The notes: generated by a model from the letters alone, not told the origin. A stretch of 64,000 nt of DNA from a candidate division WWE3 bacterium RIFCSPHIGHO2_01_FULL_40_23 (GCA_001772615.1 MEUZ01000001.1:189483-253482); one strand, 5' to 3'. Shown: positions 1 to 10,128, counted from the first letter of the stretch. Program-made: numbers and translations.

Positions 1-1
1 A

Positions 2-1093
2 AGGAAAGGGCACATCATAATTGATAAGGTAACGGACCCTGCAAACGACACACAAATCTTTAACTTTGATGCCACGGGCGGTGACTACGCGGACTTTAGC
101 TTAACTGATCAAGATACACCAAATGACCAGGAGTTAGCCCCTGGTAGCTATTCCGTAGATGAAACAGTTCCGGCAGGATGGGTAAAAACGGATGTAACCT
201 GCAATGACTTACAGGATCCCGCAAGCCTCACTCTAACTGCGGGGGAAACCATAACATGCACATTTACAAACACTAAAGAAGGAAGCATTAATATAATAAA
301 AGACGCAAGCCCTAATGACCTTTCCGATTTTAACTTTAACGGGACATTAGGCATATTTACTCTTGATGATGATACGGGAGTTTTTGGCGCAGATGATGTA
401 AACGCTAATAATAAATTGTTTGAACACCTTCTTCCCGGCTCATACCTGTTTGAAGAAACTCTTCCAAACTCATTCTGGACACTGGAAGAAATTACCTGCA
501 AAGACTTGGGTACCGGTGACCCTCTTTCTTTCACAACCACGGGAGCGGGAGTAACGGTTGACCTTCTAGCAGGGAAAAATGTAGAGTGTACTTTCTTAAA
601 CACCAAGCCAAGCCCAACCAGAACACAGGGCTTCTGGCAGACGCATACCAACTTCACAAGCGAGGTGTTCCAAACCGTACTGGCAAGTCCAATGCCAATA
701 GGTATATCCCCTCACAAAGGCCTTATCACCACCCCCAAACAACTTTTTGGGGCTTACTATTCAAGCATTCCTAAAAAATCCGACGGCACCAAGAGATCTC
801 CTTTGGATCAGGCGCGAATGCAGCTTCTGCAGCAGCTTGTAACGGCTAAATTAAATTGCGCCGCGTTCGGATGCGCTGCCTCCGCTCTTTCACTTATAAC
901 CACAGCCGACACTAACTATGCCGGAACCGACAAAGCCGCAATCCTCGCCTCCGCTTCCGCACTTGACACTTTTAATAACAGCGGCGATACCATAATAATA
1001 TCCCCGCCGCTTCCATCCCCCGGCAAAGCGACACCAACAGATTCTAAAAATCTTGCGGCAGGCGCCGGCATACAATTCTGGGACACCCCTTAG
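2..1093 (+). CDS. C-terminal part of a large surface protein with tandem SdrD-B-like / prealbumin-fold repeats (5' end outside window)
   Basis: Open reading frame continues from position 2 with no stop (…DPANDTQIFNFDATGG…). It has three about 80-aa repeats, each with the PGSYxxxExxPxxWxxxxxxC motif. A distinct C-terminal domain begins TQGFWQTH. Confidence 0.6.
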   Translation, partial: RKGHIIIDKVTDPANDTQIFNFDATGGDYADFSLTDQDTPNDQELAPGSYSVDETVPAGWVKTDVTCNDLQDPASLTLTAGETITCTFTNTKEGSINIIKDASPNDLSDFNFNGTLGIFTLDDDTGVFGADDVNANNKLFEHLLPGSYLFEETLPNSFWTLEEITCKDLGTGDPLSFTTTGAGVTVDLLAGKNVECTFLNTKPSPTRTQGFWQTHTNFTSEVFQTVLASPMPIGISPHKGLITTPKQLFGAYYSSIPKKSDGTKRSPLDQARMQLLQQLVTAKLNCAAFGCAASALSLITTADTNYAGTDKAAILASASALDTFNNSGDTIIISPPLPSPGKATPTDSKNLAAGAGIQFWDTP

Positions 1094-1199
1094 CTTTCCC
1101 TTATCCAACCTAACATTTGACTCATTAGCACCCCATAGTTATAATTTTTAAACTTTCCGTGATTTGGCGGAAAATCACACACCTAAAAGGAGAAAGACG

Positions 1200-2801
1200 A
1201 TGAAGTCAAAAAAGCTTGTCCTACTGCTTTTGGCGGTAGTTGCTGGGATTTTGCTTTCGGCATGCTTTGGCCAGGCTACCATTACCAGCAAGTATTTCAA
1301 ACGGGACGAAAACTACACCACCGCTCTTGAGAACCCGGAGCTCGTGGAAATGCTCCGCGAAGGTGATTTATCTGCTGATGAGGCAGTACAGTTCGCTGAC
1401 AAGTGGGCTTCTTCGAAGTACAAGATCTCCAGCACCGCACAAAGCGGCTATGAGATCAAAGAACGCTTATCAATTCCTTACCGGAGTGTCGGCGTTCTTC
1501 ATGTTGGGCCTTATGTTGTAGTCCTGCCACCAAGGACGTACATCAACATCCCAACCGGCGACGATGAGTTGCAACCTGTACCAGCCTTATGCATTGATCC
1601 GGGAAAAATCGCCTGGCACTTCAACTTGGAAGGCCAACGCGAGGTCCTGGCGGCTCAGGCGGAATGCTATCTCAAACCGATGGAGGGCTGGACCATTGAG
1701 GACGCCCTCGCAGTCAACACCGGCCAGGTGGCATGGCGGCTCAAAGAGGACGGATCCACTGAAACCAAGACAGAGGTAGGAGTCTACCCCACAGAATTCT
1801 TGAAAGACTGGAAGGTAGAAAACTATCTCGTGGTCGAGCCGGGCAGTGTTGCTTATCGGCTTACGGAGGACGGGAACTTTGAATTCCGCACCCCAAATCC
1901 GGGGGTCTATCCAACCGAGATTGAATCCAGGTGGAACAAGGTAACTGCAGTGCAGATCGGCCCGAATGAGTTTGGTATTTACGTCAAGACCGACCGTTCG
2001 CTGGTCTATCTTGCACCAGGTGTTCACTATGAGGTAGTAGCGGATTTTGTGAATGTCTACCCTGTGGATGAACTCCGATACTGCACTCTTGCCACGGACG
2101 TTTACCTTGCAGACACCAGCCCGGAGTCGCAGGCGTGCTCCTCGACACTTTGCGGTACGATAATCGACAAGATTGTGATAAGCGGGACACAGCGCCTTGC
2201 GGCATTCAATGTTGACACCGGGTTCATCTTCGAAAACCCAGGATCCAACCCGCTGGCTCTTGACAAGTATCTAAATCTCGGCAAAGTAATGTCGGCTATC
2301 AGGGACTACGTGGAAGGGCCAAATCGCGAGGCCGTGCGGTCCGTTGGCACGGACATGACCCAACAGGTCCTGGAAACTGAAGCCGGCAAGACCGAGTTTG
2401 AACAGCGTGTCATCGCTAAGGTTCAAGGTGAAATTGACCGAAAGGACGTTCCGATCAAAATTACCTACGTCAACCTGCGTTCACGCAATTTTAATGACGA
2501 GGATCTTCGGCAAGCGGCGGCCAAAGCGGAGGTTGAACTTCAGGAGGAGAATGCCCGCATCCGGGTGGCACAAGCCCAGGTAGCGGCGCTTGAGGCTGAA
2601 ACCCTGGCGCTCAAAGCTCTTCAGGAGCAGATCCGGGCTAAGATGGCAAGCGTCACTCAAGTGGTTGATGTTGCCAACGGGGTAAGCTGTACCGAACTTG
2701 CCCTCCTCAACGCCGTTGGGGTTATTGAAGTTGAGTGGGACAAAGTTCCCAAAGAAATGTGCCAGAGCGGGAACACGAACATCACGGTAACTGCTCCTTA
2801 A
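1200..2801 (+). CDS. Lipoprotein with tandem about 35-aa repeats and a C-terminal coiled coil (hypothetical)
   Basis: ATG at 1200 preceded by AAAGGAGAAAG; the track start at 1164 is TTG. Signal peptide with lipobox LLSAC. Two repeats: GQVAWRLKEDGSTETKTEVGVYPTEF and GSVAYRLTEDGNFEFRTPNPGVYPTEI. Heptad-like AKAEVELQEENARIRVAQAQVAALEAETLALKALQEQIRAK. GC-rich relative to the window. Confidence 0.6.
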   Translation: MKSKKLVLLLLAVVAGILLSACFGQATITSKYFKRDENYTTALENPELVEMLREGDLSADEAVQFADKWASSKYKISSTAQSGYEIKERLSIPYRSVGVLHVGPYVVVLPPRTYINIPTGDDELQPVPALCIDPGKIAWHFNLEGQREVLAAQAECYLKPMEGWTIEDALAVNTGQVAWRLKEDGSTETKTEVGVYPTEFLKDWKVENYLVVEPGSVAYRLTEDGNFEFRTPNPGVYPTEIESRWNKVTAVQIGPNEFGIYVKTDRSLVYLAPGVHYEVVADFVNVYPVDELRYCTLATDVYLADTSPESQACSSTLCGTIIDKIVISGTQRLAAFNVDTGFIFENPGSNPLALDKYLNLGKVMSAIRDYVEGPNREAVRSVGTDMTQQVLETEAGKTEFEQRVIAKVQGEIDRKDVPIKITYVNLRSRNFNDEDLRQAAAKAEVELQEENARIRVAQAQVAALEAETLALKALQEQIRAKMASVTQVVDVANGVSCTELALLNAVGVIEVEWDKVPKEMCQSGNTNITVTAP

Positions 2802-2824
2802 GTTACTCCTCTCCAATGATACAG

Positions 2825-2858
2825 ACCCGGGGTTTTATCAAACGACCCCGGGCTTTTT
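2825..2858 (+). terminator. Rho-independent terminator after the lipoprotein gene
   Basis: Stem CCCGGGG (2827-2833) pairs with CCCCGGG (2846-2852); followed by CTTTTT. Confidence 0.6.
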
Positions 2859-2917
2859 ACACTTCCTTAGTTCAAACCCACTTGGCTGTCAAAAAAACAA
2901 ACCTTATAATCCAGTCA

Positions 2918-3271
2918 ATGATTATCACCAAGAAAAATCCTTTTACAAAAGAAGAAATACAAAAATTACGGGATCTATTTGATACTTACATAAAGATAGT
3001 AATAGATATTGAAAATGAGATATGTTCAGCAGGTTGCGACAGACATTTCAAATCTGAAAAGATTCTTCTTGATGCGGACTCGCTTCAGGAAAATATCTGG
3101 GGCGGGGGCATTGATCTTGAAACAAAGATTATTGATTTTAACTCCTTTATAAATATCCGGCCAAATGATAATAATACAAGTAATGAAATTCAAAACGGGA
3201 AAATAAGAGGAAAATATGAAAAGTTAACAAAATATTTTTTCAGAGAAATGTATGAACGACACACAACTTAA
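2918..3271 (+). CDS. Hypothetical protein (117 aa)
   Basis: In-frame ATG at 2918 downstream of the terminator; the track ORF start at 2735 would read through the terminator hairpin. No recognisable motif, weak RBS. Confidence 0.35.
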   Translation: MIITKKNPFTKEEIQKLRDLFDTYIKIVIDIENEICSAGCDRHFKSEKILLDADSLQENIWGGGIDLETKIIDFNSFINIRPNDNNTSNEIQNGKIRGKYEKLTKYFFREMYERHTT

Positions 3272-3542
3272 GCTTGCATCAATTTCAATGGACCTTAAGC
3301 GGGTTGCGCTTTCCTATTATAGAAACTCAAACGCAACGGCTCAAACGTTTTCCAAAGAGGCTTTAAAAAGATCAAACGAAATAAACATAAAAAGTCTGAA
3401 GCCTTATCTTGCGAAAATATTAGCAAATCTGAAAACAATACTTAACCAAAAAGACAAATTGAAGGTTGCGGAAGACGCACTCATGTATAGTACTATCTTG
3501 CAAAACAGTGTTACCTCTTCGGAAGAAAAAACCGACCTGTAA
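3252..3542 (+). CDS. Hypothetical protein (96 aa)
   Basis: ORF overlapping the previous one by 20 nt; lysine-rich helical composition; no motif. Confidence 0.35.
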   Translation: MNDTQLKLASISMDLKRVALSYYRNSNATAQTFSKEALKRSNEINIKSLKPYLAKILANLKTILNQKDKLKVAEDALMYSTILQNSVTSSEEKTDL

Positions 3543-3557
3543 CTTTACTGCTGGGGC

Positions 3558-4613
3558 TTATTTCTCATCCTCAAAAAAATCCATTATCACCTTGCTTGTG
3601 TCAAAGGTATTCTCCTCTTTCGGGAATCTGTGCCAGTCGTGGCCCCATCCGCTAAGAATGAATTGATAAACCGCAGTGCCATCCTTACATTTTTCATAAA
3701 ACTGTAAAGTCACTTCTTTGCCTTCCTTCCCCATCTCGCCTCCACATTCGTTTAACTCATTCCATTTTTTAATGGTCTCATTTGCGGAATAAATCCATAC
3801 ACCAGTTGGGGTTGTCCATCCGTAATAAGAAGGATCCTGTGTTCCCAAAATAAACATAATTGACCTTGCCTTTTCGGGCTTGCAGGAATTAGACAAATTT
3901 CCGGGGAAACCCGCGCCGACTGCAGCAAAAGCCTTAAAACTTTGGGACTCCTCGCAGGCTATTTTATGAACCAGATAACCACCTGCGGAAAAACCGGTTG
4001 CATAAAATCTATTCTCATCAACTGCAAACCTTTCTTTAATTTCTTTAATAAGATTACGGATAAAAAGCATTTCATCCAAACCTTCATAATCACCTTGCGC
4101 AATTCCCCTTCCATCGGCCCACCTCGCCCCATAACCATCAGGATAAACTACCAAAAAATCGTTTTCTTCGGAAATATCAGAAAACCCCGTGTACTTTTCA
4201 ATGTTTTTCGCGTTATCGCCCCCTCCATGAAATACAAAAAGCACCGGAGCTTTTGTTTTTCTATTGTAAGATTTTGGAACATGTACAAAATAAGATCTGT
4301 TAAAATTTCCCGATTTTAAAGTTTTTACCACACCGCTTTCCTCAATATTTAATTTCGTAAGCCTTGCATTTTCCTTATTAGCTTCCTCCTCCATTCTTTC
4401 CTTAATAGCTTTTTCAGCCTCTCTAGTTGCTTTATAAACTTTTTGTCTCCAGTACAACAACAAAGTCCCTTCAACGAGACCTGTAAACAAAACCAGTATT
4501 AAAATAGTAAGGACGATTCTTTTTCCACTTTCCATATTTCTGTCTGCAAAAATAGCCGAGGTCTCTCCTGATTGTGTTTTGGAAATGATAACAAAGTGCT
4601 TACTTTTAAGCAA
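3558..4613 (-). CDS. Membrane-anchored alpha/beta-hydrolase, PHB-depolymerase/esterase (LpqC-like) family
   Basis: N-terminal TM helix; VLFVFHGGGDNAKN…; nucleophile elbow GFSAGG (GxSxG). Start may be the internal M (MESGKRIV, ends 4535). Confidence 0.7.
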   Translation of the reverse strand: MLKSKHFVIISKTQSGETSAIFADRNMESGKRIVLTILILVLFTGLVEGTLLLYWRQKVYKATREAEKAIKERMEEEANKENARLTKLNIEESGVVKTLKSGNFNRSYFVHVPKSYNRKTKAPVLFVFHGGGDNAKNIEKYTGFSDISEENDFLVVYPDGYGARWADGRGIAQGDYEGLDEMLFIRNLIKEIKERFAVDENRFYATGFSAGGYLVHKIACEESQSFKAFAAVGAGFPGNLSNSCKPEKARSIMFILGTQDPSYYGWTTPTGVWIYSANETIKKWNELNECGGEMGKEGKEVTLQFYEKCKDGTAVYQFILSGWGHDWHRFPKEENTFDTSKVIMDFFEDEK

Positions 4614-4721
4614 AGCTATAGGATTAGCTCATTCGGGCCAATACCCAAACCGATTTTTCAAACACCCTTTTCTATACTAAAATGCTCACTAACATAAGGA
4701 AATGCGAAAAGGAGGATTGAG

Positions 4722-5006
4722 ATGTTTAAGAAGCTTACGGCAGTACTGGCTGGCGTCACTGTTTTTGCCGTCACCATGGCGGCAGGGACGGGGTTCCTAG
4801 CCAAAGTCCTGGGTTTGCCCCTAAAGATGTTTGTGGCTAAAGCTGTCATTGCCACTACTCTTTTGGGAATGGGGGCATACTCCGCTGAAATAAGATTCTT
4901 CGCCACAGTATGGGCGGTTCTTTTTGTGGCGGCGACCCTGCTAAGCGCGGGTGTTGTTTACCTTGCCTGGGGAGCGCAAAACGAACCTGATTACCACATT
5001 CTGTAA
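4722..5006 (+). CDS. Small membrane protein (94 aa, 3 TM)
   Basis: Strong RBS AAAAGGAGGATTGAGATG; hydrophobic; followed by a terminator. Confidence 0.55.
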   Translation: MFKKLTAVLAGVTVFAVTMAAGTGFLAKVLGLPLKMFVAKAVIATTLLGMGAYSAEIRFFATVWAVLFVAATLLSAGVVYLAWGAQNEPDYHIL

Positions 5007-5036
5007 AAAAGGGGGAGGATGTGATGTGCCATTCAA

Positions 5037-5072
5037 CCGGATCCGAAAACTCCCAGAGGATCCGGTTTTTTT
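5037..5072. terminator. Rho-independent terminator between convergent genes
   Basis: CCGGATCC…GGATCCGG hairpin (5037-5065) followed by TTTTTTT. Confidence 0.65.
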
Positions 5073-5084
5073 ATTCAGAACTCA

Positions 5085-7043
5085 TCACTTCTTATTTTCG
5101 CACTTAAGGGGGGGCTTTTCTTCAGGCTTAAGGCCACATCCTTCCGGAATAGTTATTGCTGTGGAACCTCTCTCCATAACCTCGTCACACTTCAAGTAAT
5201 TCCAGGCAAAAGTCCTTAAATTCTTCTTCATAAGAACCTCGCACTCATAAATATTTGTGGAGAGTAGAAGTTTTTGCATATATAACTGGTTTAAACAATT
5301 ATTGTCATCGGCTCCCAGTATCTGGGCTTCCGCCATTTCATTGGCCACCGTACTTTTGGATTGTTCTTTATATCTTACGTCGTCAATCAATACCTGGGCT
5401 CCAAGCTCCATCAACTCTTGCACTAAATCCCATCTTCCAATGCGGCCGGCAACTTCTATCGCGGCCTCAATCTGCCATATATTCGCCGTGCATTTAAATC
5501 GTAGAGGAAATGTCGCCCTGTCGGTCAATGCCTTCAGGGCTTTCTTGTCCGCTTCTGATGGATTAGGACCAAGAGGTGTGTAATCAGGTTCATATTTTGG
5601 ATTACTCTCCGCGTATGCTATCCTCTCCGTGAATAAAGAAGAGGTATCTTTATTTAAATTTTCCAGCTTAACAGAAGAAAAAAGTTCAGGACTCCCATAA
5701 ACCCATGCCAAAAGCATCATGTAATCGTTCATTTCCGGATCATAATCGTCACTGATAAACTGATTGATATCATCCCTAATGTTTTTAACCATTTCTTTTC
5801 TTATCTTGGTCGCGTCCTTGTAGCCTTCCTCCTCCATTCTTCTTATCTGAAAAACCGCGGTTAGAGATTCATATCCTCTTGAATGTGAGCTTGTTCCTGC
5901 TTTTTCAAATTTTTCTTTCAAGTCTTCGTCCACATCTGTCTTCATTTCCTCAATATCTTGAGTCAAAGAAGAAACGCTTAGAGCTACATCCTTAGCTTCA
6001 TTCTCGCCCATCAGCCCACCGGCATTGTCTTTCGCCTTATTCAAATATGCCTCAAAATTTTTAAGTGTCGCCGCAGCTTTAAAACTGTCATAAAGGTCTT
6101 CCTCCACCTGAAACGCCTTCTGAATATGCCCATAAGACACGGGCTCATTAAAAAAGATGTCATTGCTCACTGCATGAGTCACCGCTTCTATCCTTGGGAT
6201 TGAATAGTTCTGCCTGTTGGCTCTAACTACATCCGTTAAAACATCTTTGGTCAATTTAATGGGAATATAAGTGGCTTGTGTTGTGACTTGAGATACCAAG
6301 AGGCCGTCATAACCTATCGGGATGGTCGTGTTCATAAACATCAGATCATTAAACTCAACACTTCTTACTGGGGAAACAACAGCGTATTTTCTATTGGTAT
6401 GCTCGCTTAATGGAATTCTTTTAATAAAAGCGCATCCCGCGGGATTAAAATAAGGCGATAAAGGCATGCAGAAAAAATTAAGTTTATCATCCTCAATTAT
6501 TTCCTTAACGGTCTTTCCTTGATCAAGATCAAAAACGAGATATACCGGATCAATGCCTTCAAAATGGGCGGTTTCTGATTCAAAGTCAACTCCATAGCCA
6601 AAATCGGTTGGAAGAGCCGGTGCCCTTTCGCTTGTAGGCATGGAAAAATACGGCGTCATTCTATATACCTCCCCGCCCGCTGCATAGCCTGGAGGAATTA
6701 CTAAATAAGCCTTAACATTATTTGCAAGCTCTGCGACAAACACTCCTCCTTTTTGTTCTAAAGGTCCGTTTACAATAAAGTCATCTTTGATTTCGCCAAA
6801 AGGAAAGTCTTCTTCCGCATTCCCCCTCACTCTTTCGGTTGCCGATTTCTCCTCAAGAGTTATCTCTCCACCTGTGGTCTTTAAACTTTTAAGCTTTTTA
6901 AGGGAAGGGAGTTTGTCTTTGACTGCAGGAAACAAAAAATAGCCACCGGCAACCAGGGTTATAAGGATCAGAATTACAACTAAAACAGGCACAAGGGCAA
7001 ATCCGTTTCTCTTTTCCTTATTAAATTCTTGGGCAGGCTTCAT
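5085..7043 (-). CDS. Large membrane-anchored hypothetical protein (652 aa)
   Basis: Long ORF with N-terminal TM (LVPVLVVILILITLVAGGYFLF) and a large extracytoplasmic region. No catalytic motif recognised. Confidence 0.6.
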   Translation of the reverse strand: MKPAQEFNKEKRNGFALVPVLVVILILITLVAGGYFLFPAVKDKLPSLKKLKSLKTTGGEITLEEKSATERVRGNAEEDFPFGEIKDDFIVNGPLEQKGGVFVAELANNVKAYLVIPPGYAAGGEVYRMTPYFSMPTSERAPALPTDFGYGVDFESETAHFEGIDPVYLVFDLDQGKTVKEIIEDDKLNFFCMPLSPYFNPAGCAFIKRIPLSEHTNRKYAVVSPVRSVEFNDLMFMNTTIPIGYDGLLVSQVTTQATYIPIKLTKDVLTDVVRANRQNYSIPRIEAVTHAVSNDIFFNEPVSYGHIQKAFQVEEDLYDSFKAAATLKNFEAYLNKAKDNAGGLMGENEAKDVALSVSSLTQDIEEMKTDVDEDLKEKFEKAGTSSHSRGYESLTAVFQIRRMEEEGYKDATKIRKEMVKNIRDDINQFISDDYDPEMNDYMMLLAWVYGSPELFSSVKLENLNKDTSSLFTERIAYAESNPKYEPDYTPLGPNPSEADKKALKALTDRATFPLRFKCTANIWQIEAAIEVAGRIGRWDLVQELMELGAQVLIDDVRYKEQSKSTVANEMAEAQILGADDNNCLNQLYMQKLLLSTNIYECEVLMKKNLRTFAWNYLKCDEVMERGSTAITIPEGCGLKPEEKPPLKCENKK

Positions 7044-7200
7044 TTAAATTAAGACTAGCACCACCTTAAGTACAGTTCAATAATCTGCCCACTGTGAAAA
7101 TCTTTTATAAAATTTGTAAACCACAGAACACTCACAAGCCCATAGTGTTGCATTTTGATAAGAGTCTTTTATAATAGCTTAACTACAAAAGGAGAGTGAC

Positions 7201-7587
7201 ATGCAAAAAATGATCTGGAGGCCGCAACCGAAGACATGGGGCGTATTTGCGGTTGAGATAGTTGATGATGATAAGTCAGTCAAAGGTGAGGAGCCGGCCA
7301 AACTCGTGCGAATCATCAGCGTGATTGAACCCACAACTGCAGGCATTACCGTTTATCGCAAATGGGATGTCAGAACAGCCCCGGTAAGTGAGCTTTCGGA
7401 CTGCCGGCATCCAATTGAGCGCTACGATCGCTCGGGGGCGGTCATCCTGTGCTCTCACTGTGGTGATCAGCGTGCAACTGCCGCGGAGCGCGATGTCCAC
7501 GGGCGCAAAGGCGTGACGTTCTACTGGGACGGCACAACCTACGTGGAGGTTGATATCCAAACAGGGGAACCGGTAGAAAGCGAGTAG
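7201..7587 (+). CDS. Hypothetical protein (128 aa), GC-rich
   Basis: RBS AAAAGGAGAGTGACATG; Cys/His cluster C…HP…CSHCGD; followed by a terminator. Confidence 0.5.
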   Translation: MQKMIWRPQPKTWGVFAVEIVDDDKSVKGEEPAKLVRIISVIEPTTAGITVYRKWDVRTAPVSELSDCRHPIERYDRSGAVILCSHCGDQRATAAERDVHGRKGVTFYWDGTTYVEVDIQTGEPVESE

Positions 7588-7595
7588 ACCAACCA

Positions 7596-7636
7596 AACGC
7601 CTGAATAAGATACAACTCTTACCAGGCGTTATTTTT
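7596..7636 (+). terminator. Rho-independent terminator
   Basis: AACGCCTG (7596-7603) pairs with CAGGCGTT (7623-7630); followed by ATTTTT. Confidence 0.6.
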
Positions 7637-7713
7637 ATATAAATAATCTGGTATCCTTAACACCAGAAAAAAGGAGCCCGGTTTGCTCAAAAAATCATTG
7701 ACTATTATCTTTT

Positions 7714-7980
7714 ATGAAGCACGTTAATATAAAAATCTTTGGTGATGTTCAGGGGGTGTTTTTCAGATACTCCTCACTCCTTAAAGCAAAAGAGTTTAAT
7801 ATAAAAGGCTTTGTAAGAAACGAACCGGATGGAACGGTTTACATTGAAGTTGAAGGGGAGGAGGAAAATCTTGATAAGTTTACGCAGTGGTGCAGGAGCG
7901 GACCGCAGAGCGCAACGGTTAAGAAAGTGGAAGAAGCCGAGGGAGAGCTTAAAAACTTTGAATCTTTTATCACATTGTAA
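7714..7980 (+). CDS. acyP: Acylphosphatase
   Basis: VxGxVQGVFFR and GFVRNxxDGxV signatures; 88 aa. Confidence 0.9.
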   Translation: MKHVNIKIFGDVQGVFFRYSSLLKAKEFNIKGFVRNEPDGTVYIEVEGEEENLDKFTQWCRSGPQSATVKKVEEAEGELKNFESFITL

Positions 7981-8089
7981 CTAAGCACTCTGTTACCCAT
8001 AGGAGTAGGATCCTATAGTTTGCGTTTGTATTCCTGTCCGTTATAATTCATATAATCCAAACCAACAAAAGTGAAGAAAGGATAAAGAG

Positions 8090-8497
8090 ATGAAAGGCAA
8101 AAGTATTACAGAAAGAATCTTTGGGATGGGCACACTCTTGCTGGCCTTGATTGCCGTCGTGGGAGTACTGGCGCTTGCGACTTGCGCCCCCACACCCCAA
8201 GCAGCGGGAGTGCCGCCCACACAAGCGCCGGAACCGACGCCTGTTAACATGTCCATATCCGAGTACCAATGGTACACCTACTACTACGTCACCGGCCAGT
8301 TTGAAGAAGGGGTCTACAGTCAGTATCAACCAGACTGTGTGGGTTACGTAAGTGGCTGGAAATGTCAGTTCAGTGATCCCATAGGACATGAAATAGTGCT
8401 TAAGAGGAAAACTGGCCGCTTAAGCGAACTTACCAAAATGCCGTGGAACTATATCTGGTACATTCCAAGTGTACCAAAGTCTTACCTGAACAAGTAA
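8090..8497 (+). CDS. Small secreted protein or lipoprotein (hypothetical)
   Basis: RBS AAGGATAAAGAGATG; signal peptide; Trp/Tyr-rich; GC-rich. Confidence 0.5.
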   Translation: MKGKSITERIFGMGTLLLALIAVVGVLALATCAPTPQAAGVPPTQAPEPTPVNMSISEYQWYTYYYVTGQFEEGVYSQYQPDCVGYVSGWKCQFSDPIGHEIVLKRKTGRLSELTKMPWNYIWYIPSVPKSYLNK

Positions 8498-8518
8498 GAA
8501 CGAATGAATGGCACTCAA

Positions 8519-8546
8519 CCTGCGGCTAAGCCCCCCGCAGGTTTTT
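8519..8546 (+). terminator. Terminator hairpin
   Basis: CCTGCGG…CCGCAGG followed by TTTTT. Confidence 0.5.
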
Positions 8547-8943
8547 ACTTCTTTTCAAAATTTAAAGAGGTTGAATTAATGCAGTAGCGTTTGCCGCCTT
8601 TATCGCCGGGCCCGTCATCAAATAAATGTCCGAGATGCCCGCCGCATTTACTACACAAAACCTCAATCCTGTGCATCCCAAAACTGTTATCATCTTTAAG
8701 CTCAAGCTTTCCATCCCCTATTGCGTTCCAGAAACTTGGCCACCCGCACCCCGCGTCATACTTTGTGTCGGAGGAAAAAAGTGTCTCACCACACCCCGCG
8801 CATTTATAAACACCGTTATCAAAAGTCGCGTAATACTCTCCCGTAAAGGGAGGCTCGGTCGCGGAAAGTCTCATTACCTTATACTGCTTTGGTGTGAGCT
8901 TTTCTTTCCAGTATTCTTCGGATTTATTTTGCATATCATCCAT
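8545..8943 (-). CDS. msrB: Peptide-methionine (R)-S-oxide reductase
   Basis: CAGCG…CGWPSF…RIEVLCSKCGGHLGHLFDDGP; two CxxC pairs plus the catalytic Cys. Confidence 0.92.
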   Translation of the reverse strand: MDDMQNKSEEYWKEKLTPKQYKVMRLSATEPPFTGEYYATFDNGVYKCAGCGETLFSSDTKYDAGCGWPSFWNAIGDGKLELKDDNSFGMHRIEVLCSKCGGHLGHLFDDGPGDKGGKRYCINSTSLNFEKK

Positions 8944-9001
8944 AAAACTATTGTAGCAGAATGAACTTTCCGGAGCCTATTTCAAAAACACCTGGATCTT
9001 A

Positions 9002-9064
9002 TTGTCATTCCTGCGAAAGCAGGAATCTGGAATTATAGGTCCCGCATCAAGAGCGGGATGACAA
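9002..9064. repeat. Structured palindromic element, copy A (GTCATTCCTGCGAAAGCAGGAATC type)
   Basis: TGTCA closing stem with TGACA around two hairpins: ATTCCTGCGAAAGCAGGAAT and TCCCGCATCAAGAGCGGGA. Intergenic, msrB/rmuC. Confidence 0.7.
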
Positions 9065-9074
9065 TAAGCAAGTG

Positions 9075-10061
9075 TCATTCTAAAAGCTTGTCTTCTTTTT
9101 CTTCAAACTTGAGAGAATCTATTTTTCCAAGGAAAGAAGAATAGCGGCTTAACACCCCATCCATAGAACCTCTCGCTCTGTTTAAATGCCCGTCAAGAAC
9201 CGTGAGCTCTCCTCCAAATTTTTCTGTTTCCTTCTTTAAAGTTCCCAGAGCCCCCCATATCTTCCTCGCGTTTTCGGCAAGCTCTTTCTGCTGAAGGCCC
9301 ATTAAAATAACCTGGAGATAATAATAAAAAGTGTTGGGCGATACAAAAAATATCTTTCTATCCCTCGCATAGTTTTCAAGTTCGGGGTTGTTAACAGCCG
9401 TTTCATAATAAACTGATTCCGAGGGGATATACATTAACGCATAGTCTATCGTCCCCTCCGAAGGAAGGATATATTTTTTGGAAATATCATCAACGTGCTT
9501 TTTAACATCCCTTACAAAGACTTTTTTAACGGAACTTCTCTCCTCCTCCGTTTCCGAAGAAATCATCTGCCTGAAATTTTCCATAGGAAATTTTGAATCA
9601 ATGGGAATTAGACCTTTATCGGTTTTTACAACTGCATCAACTTTATCCCCACCTCTAAACATGTACTGCATTTCATAGGAGCTTTTAGGAAGTATTTGTG
9701 AAAGAAGGTCCTCTAAAATCTGCTCCCCAACGTTGCCTCTTGATTTAGGCGATAATAAGGCGTCCTGCAAATCCCTCATACCTTTTGAAAACTCGCTTAC
9801 TTTCCCAAGCTCTTTTTGAACATCCCCCACAACCCTTGCGGCATTGTCAAGCCTATCACCAAGCATTTTATTCTGCTCCATTAAAGTTCTTCTTTGCTCC
9901 GACAGCTCAAGCTCCAAAGTCCCCTTCATACTTTTAAGCCACTCCATAAGCACCTTCTCCGATTCACTTTCCCCTTTAAGCTTTTTAATTTCCCTTGCTA
10001 AAAAGATGAAAAGAAGAACAAAACCTAAAGCTAAAATTAAAATTGTTAAAGTATTATCCAT
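9075..10061 (-). CDS. rmuC: DNA recombination protein RmuC
   Basis: N-terminal TM, coiled coils, C-terminal nuclease-like region with the IPIDSKFP signature. Confidence 0.8.
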   Translation of the reverse strand: MDNTLTILILALGFVLLFIFLAREIKKLKGESESEKVLMEWLKSMKGTLELELSEQRRTLMEQNKMLGDRLDNAARVVGDVQKELGKVSEFSKGMRDLQDALLSPKSRGNVGEQILEDLLSQILPKSSYEMQYMFRGGDKVDAVVKTDKGLIPIDSKFPMENFRQMISSETEEERSSVKKVFVRDVKKHVDDISKKYILPSEGTIDYALMYIPSESVYYETAVNNPELENYARDRKIFFVSPNTFYYYLQVILMGLQQKELAENARKIWGALGTLKKETEKFGGELTVLDGHLNRARGSMDGVLSRYSSFLGKIDSLKFEEKEDKLLE

Positions 10062-10128
10062 AAAGATAGCTAATAAAAGCAGTTCTAAAGGTTATGAAAT
10101 AAAAAGATTCCGTGTATCATTTTAGCAT

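Noticed and set aside
4951-5199. ORF 4951-5199 (+) spanning the terminator between the small membrane protein gene and the 652-aa gene.
   Set aside because: Reads straight through a strong hairpin plus T-run and overlaps the 3' end of the convergent gene; no RBS.
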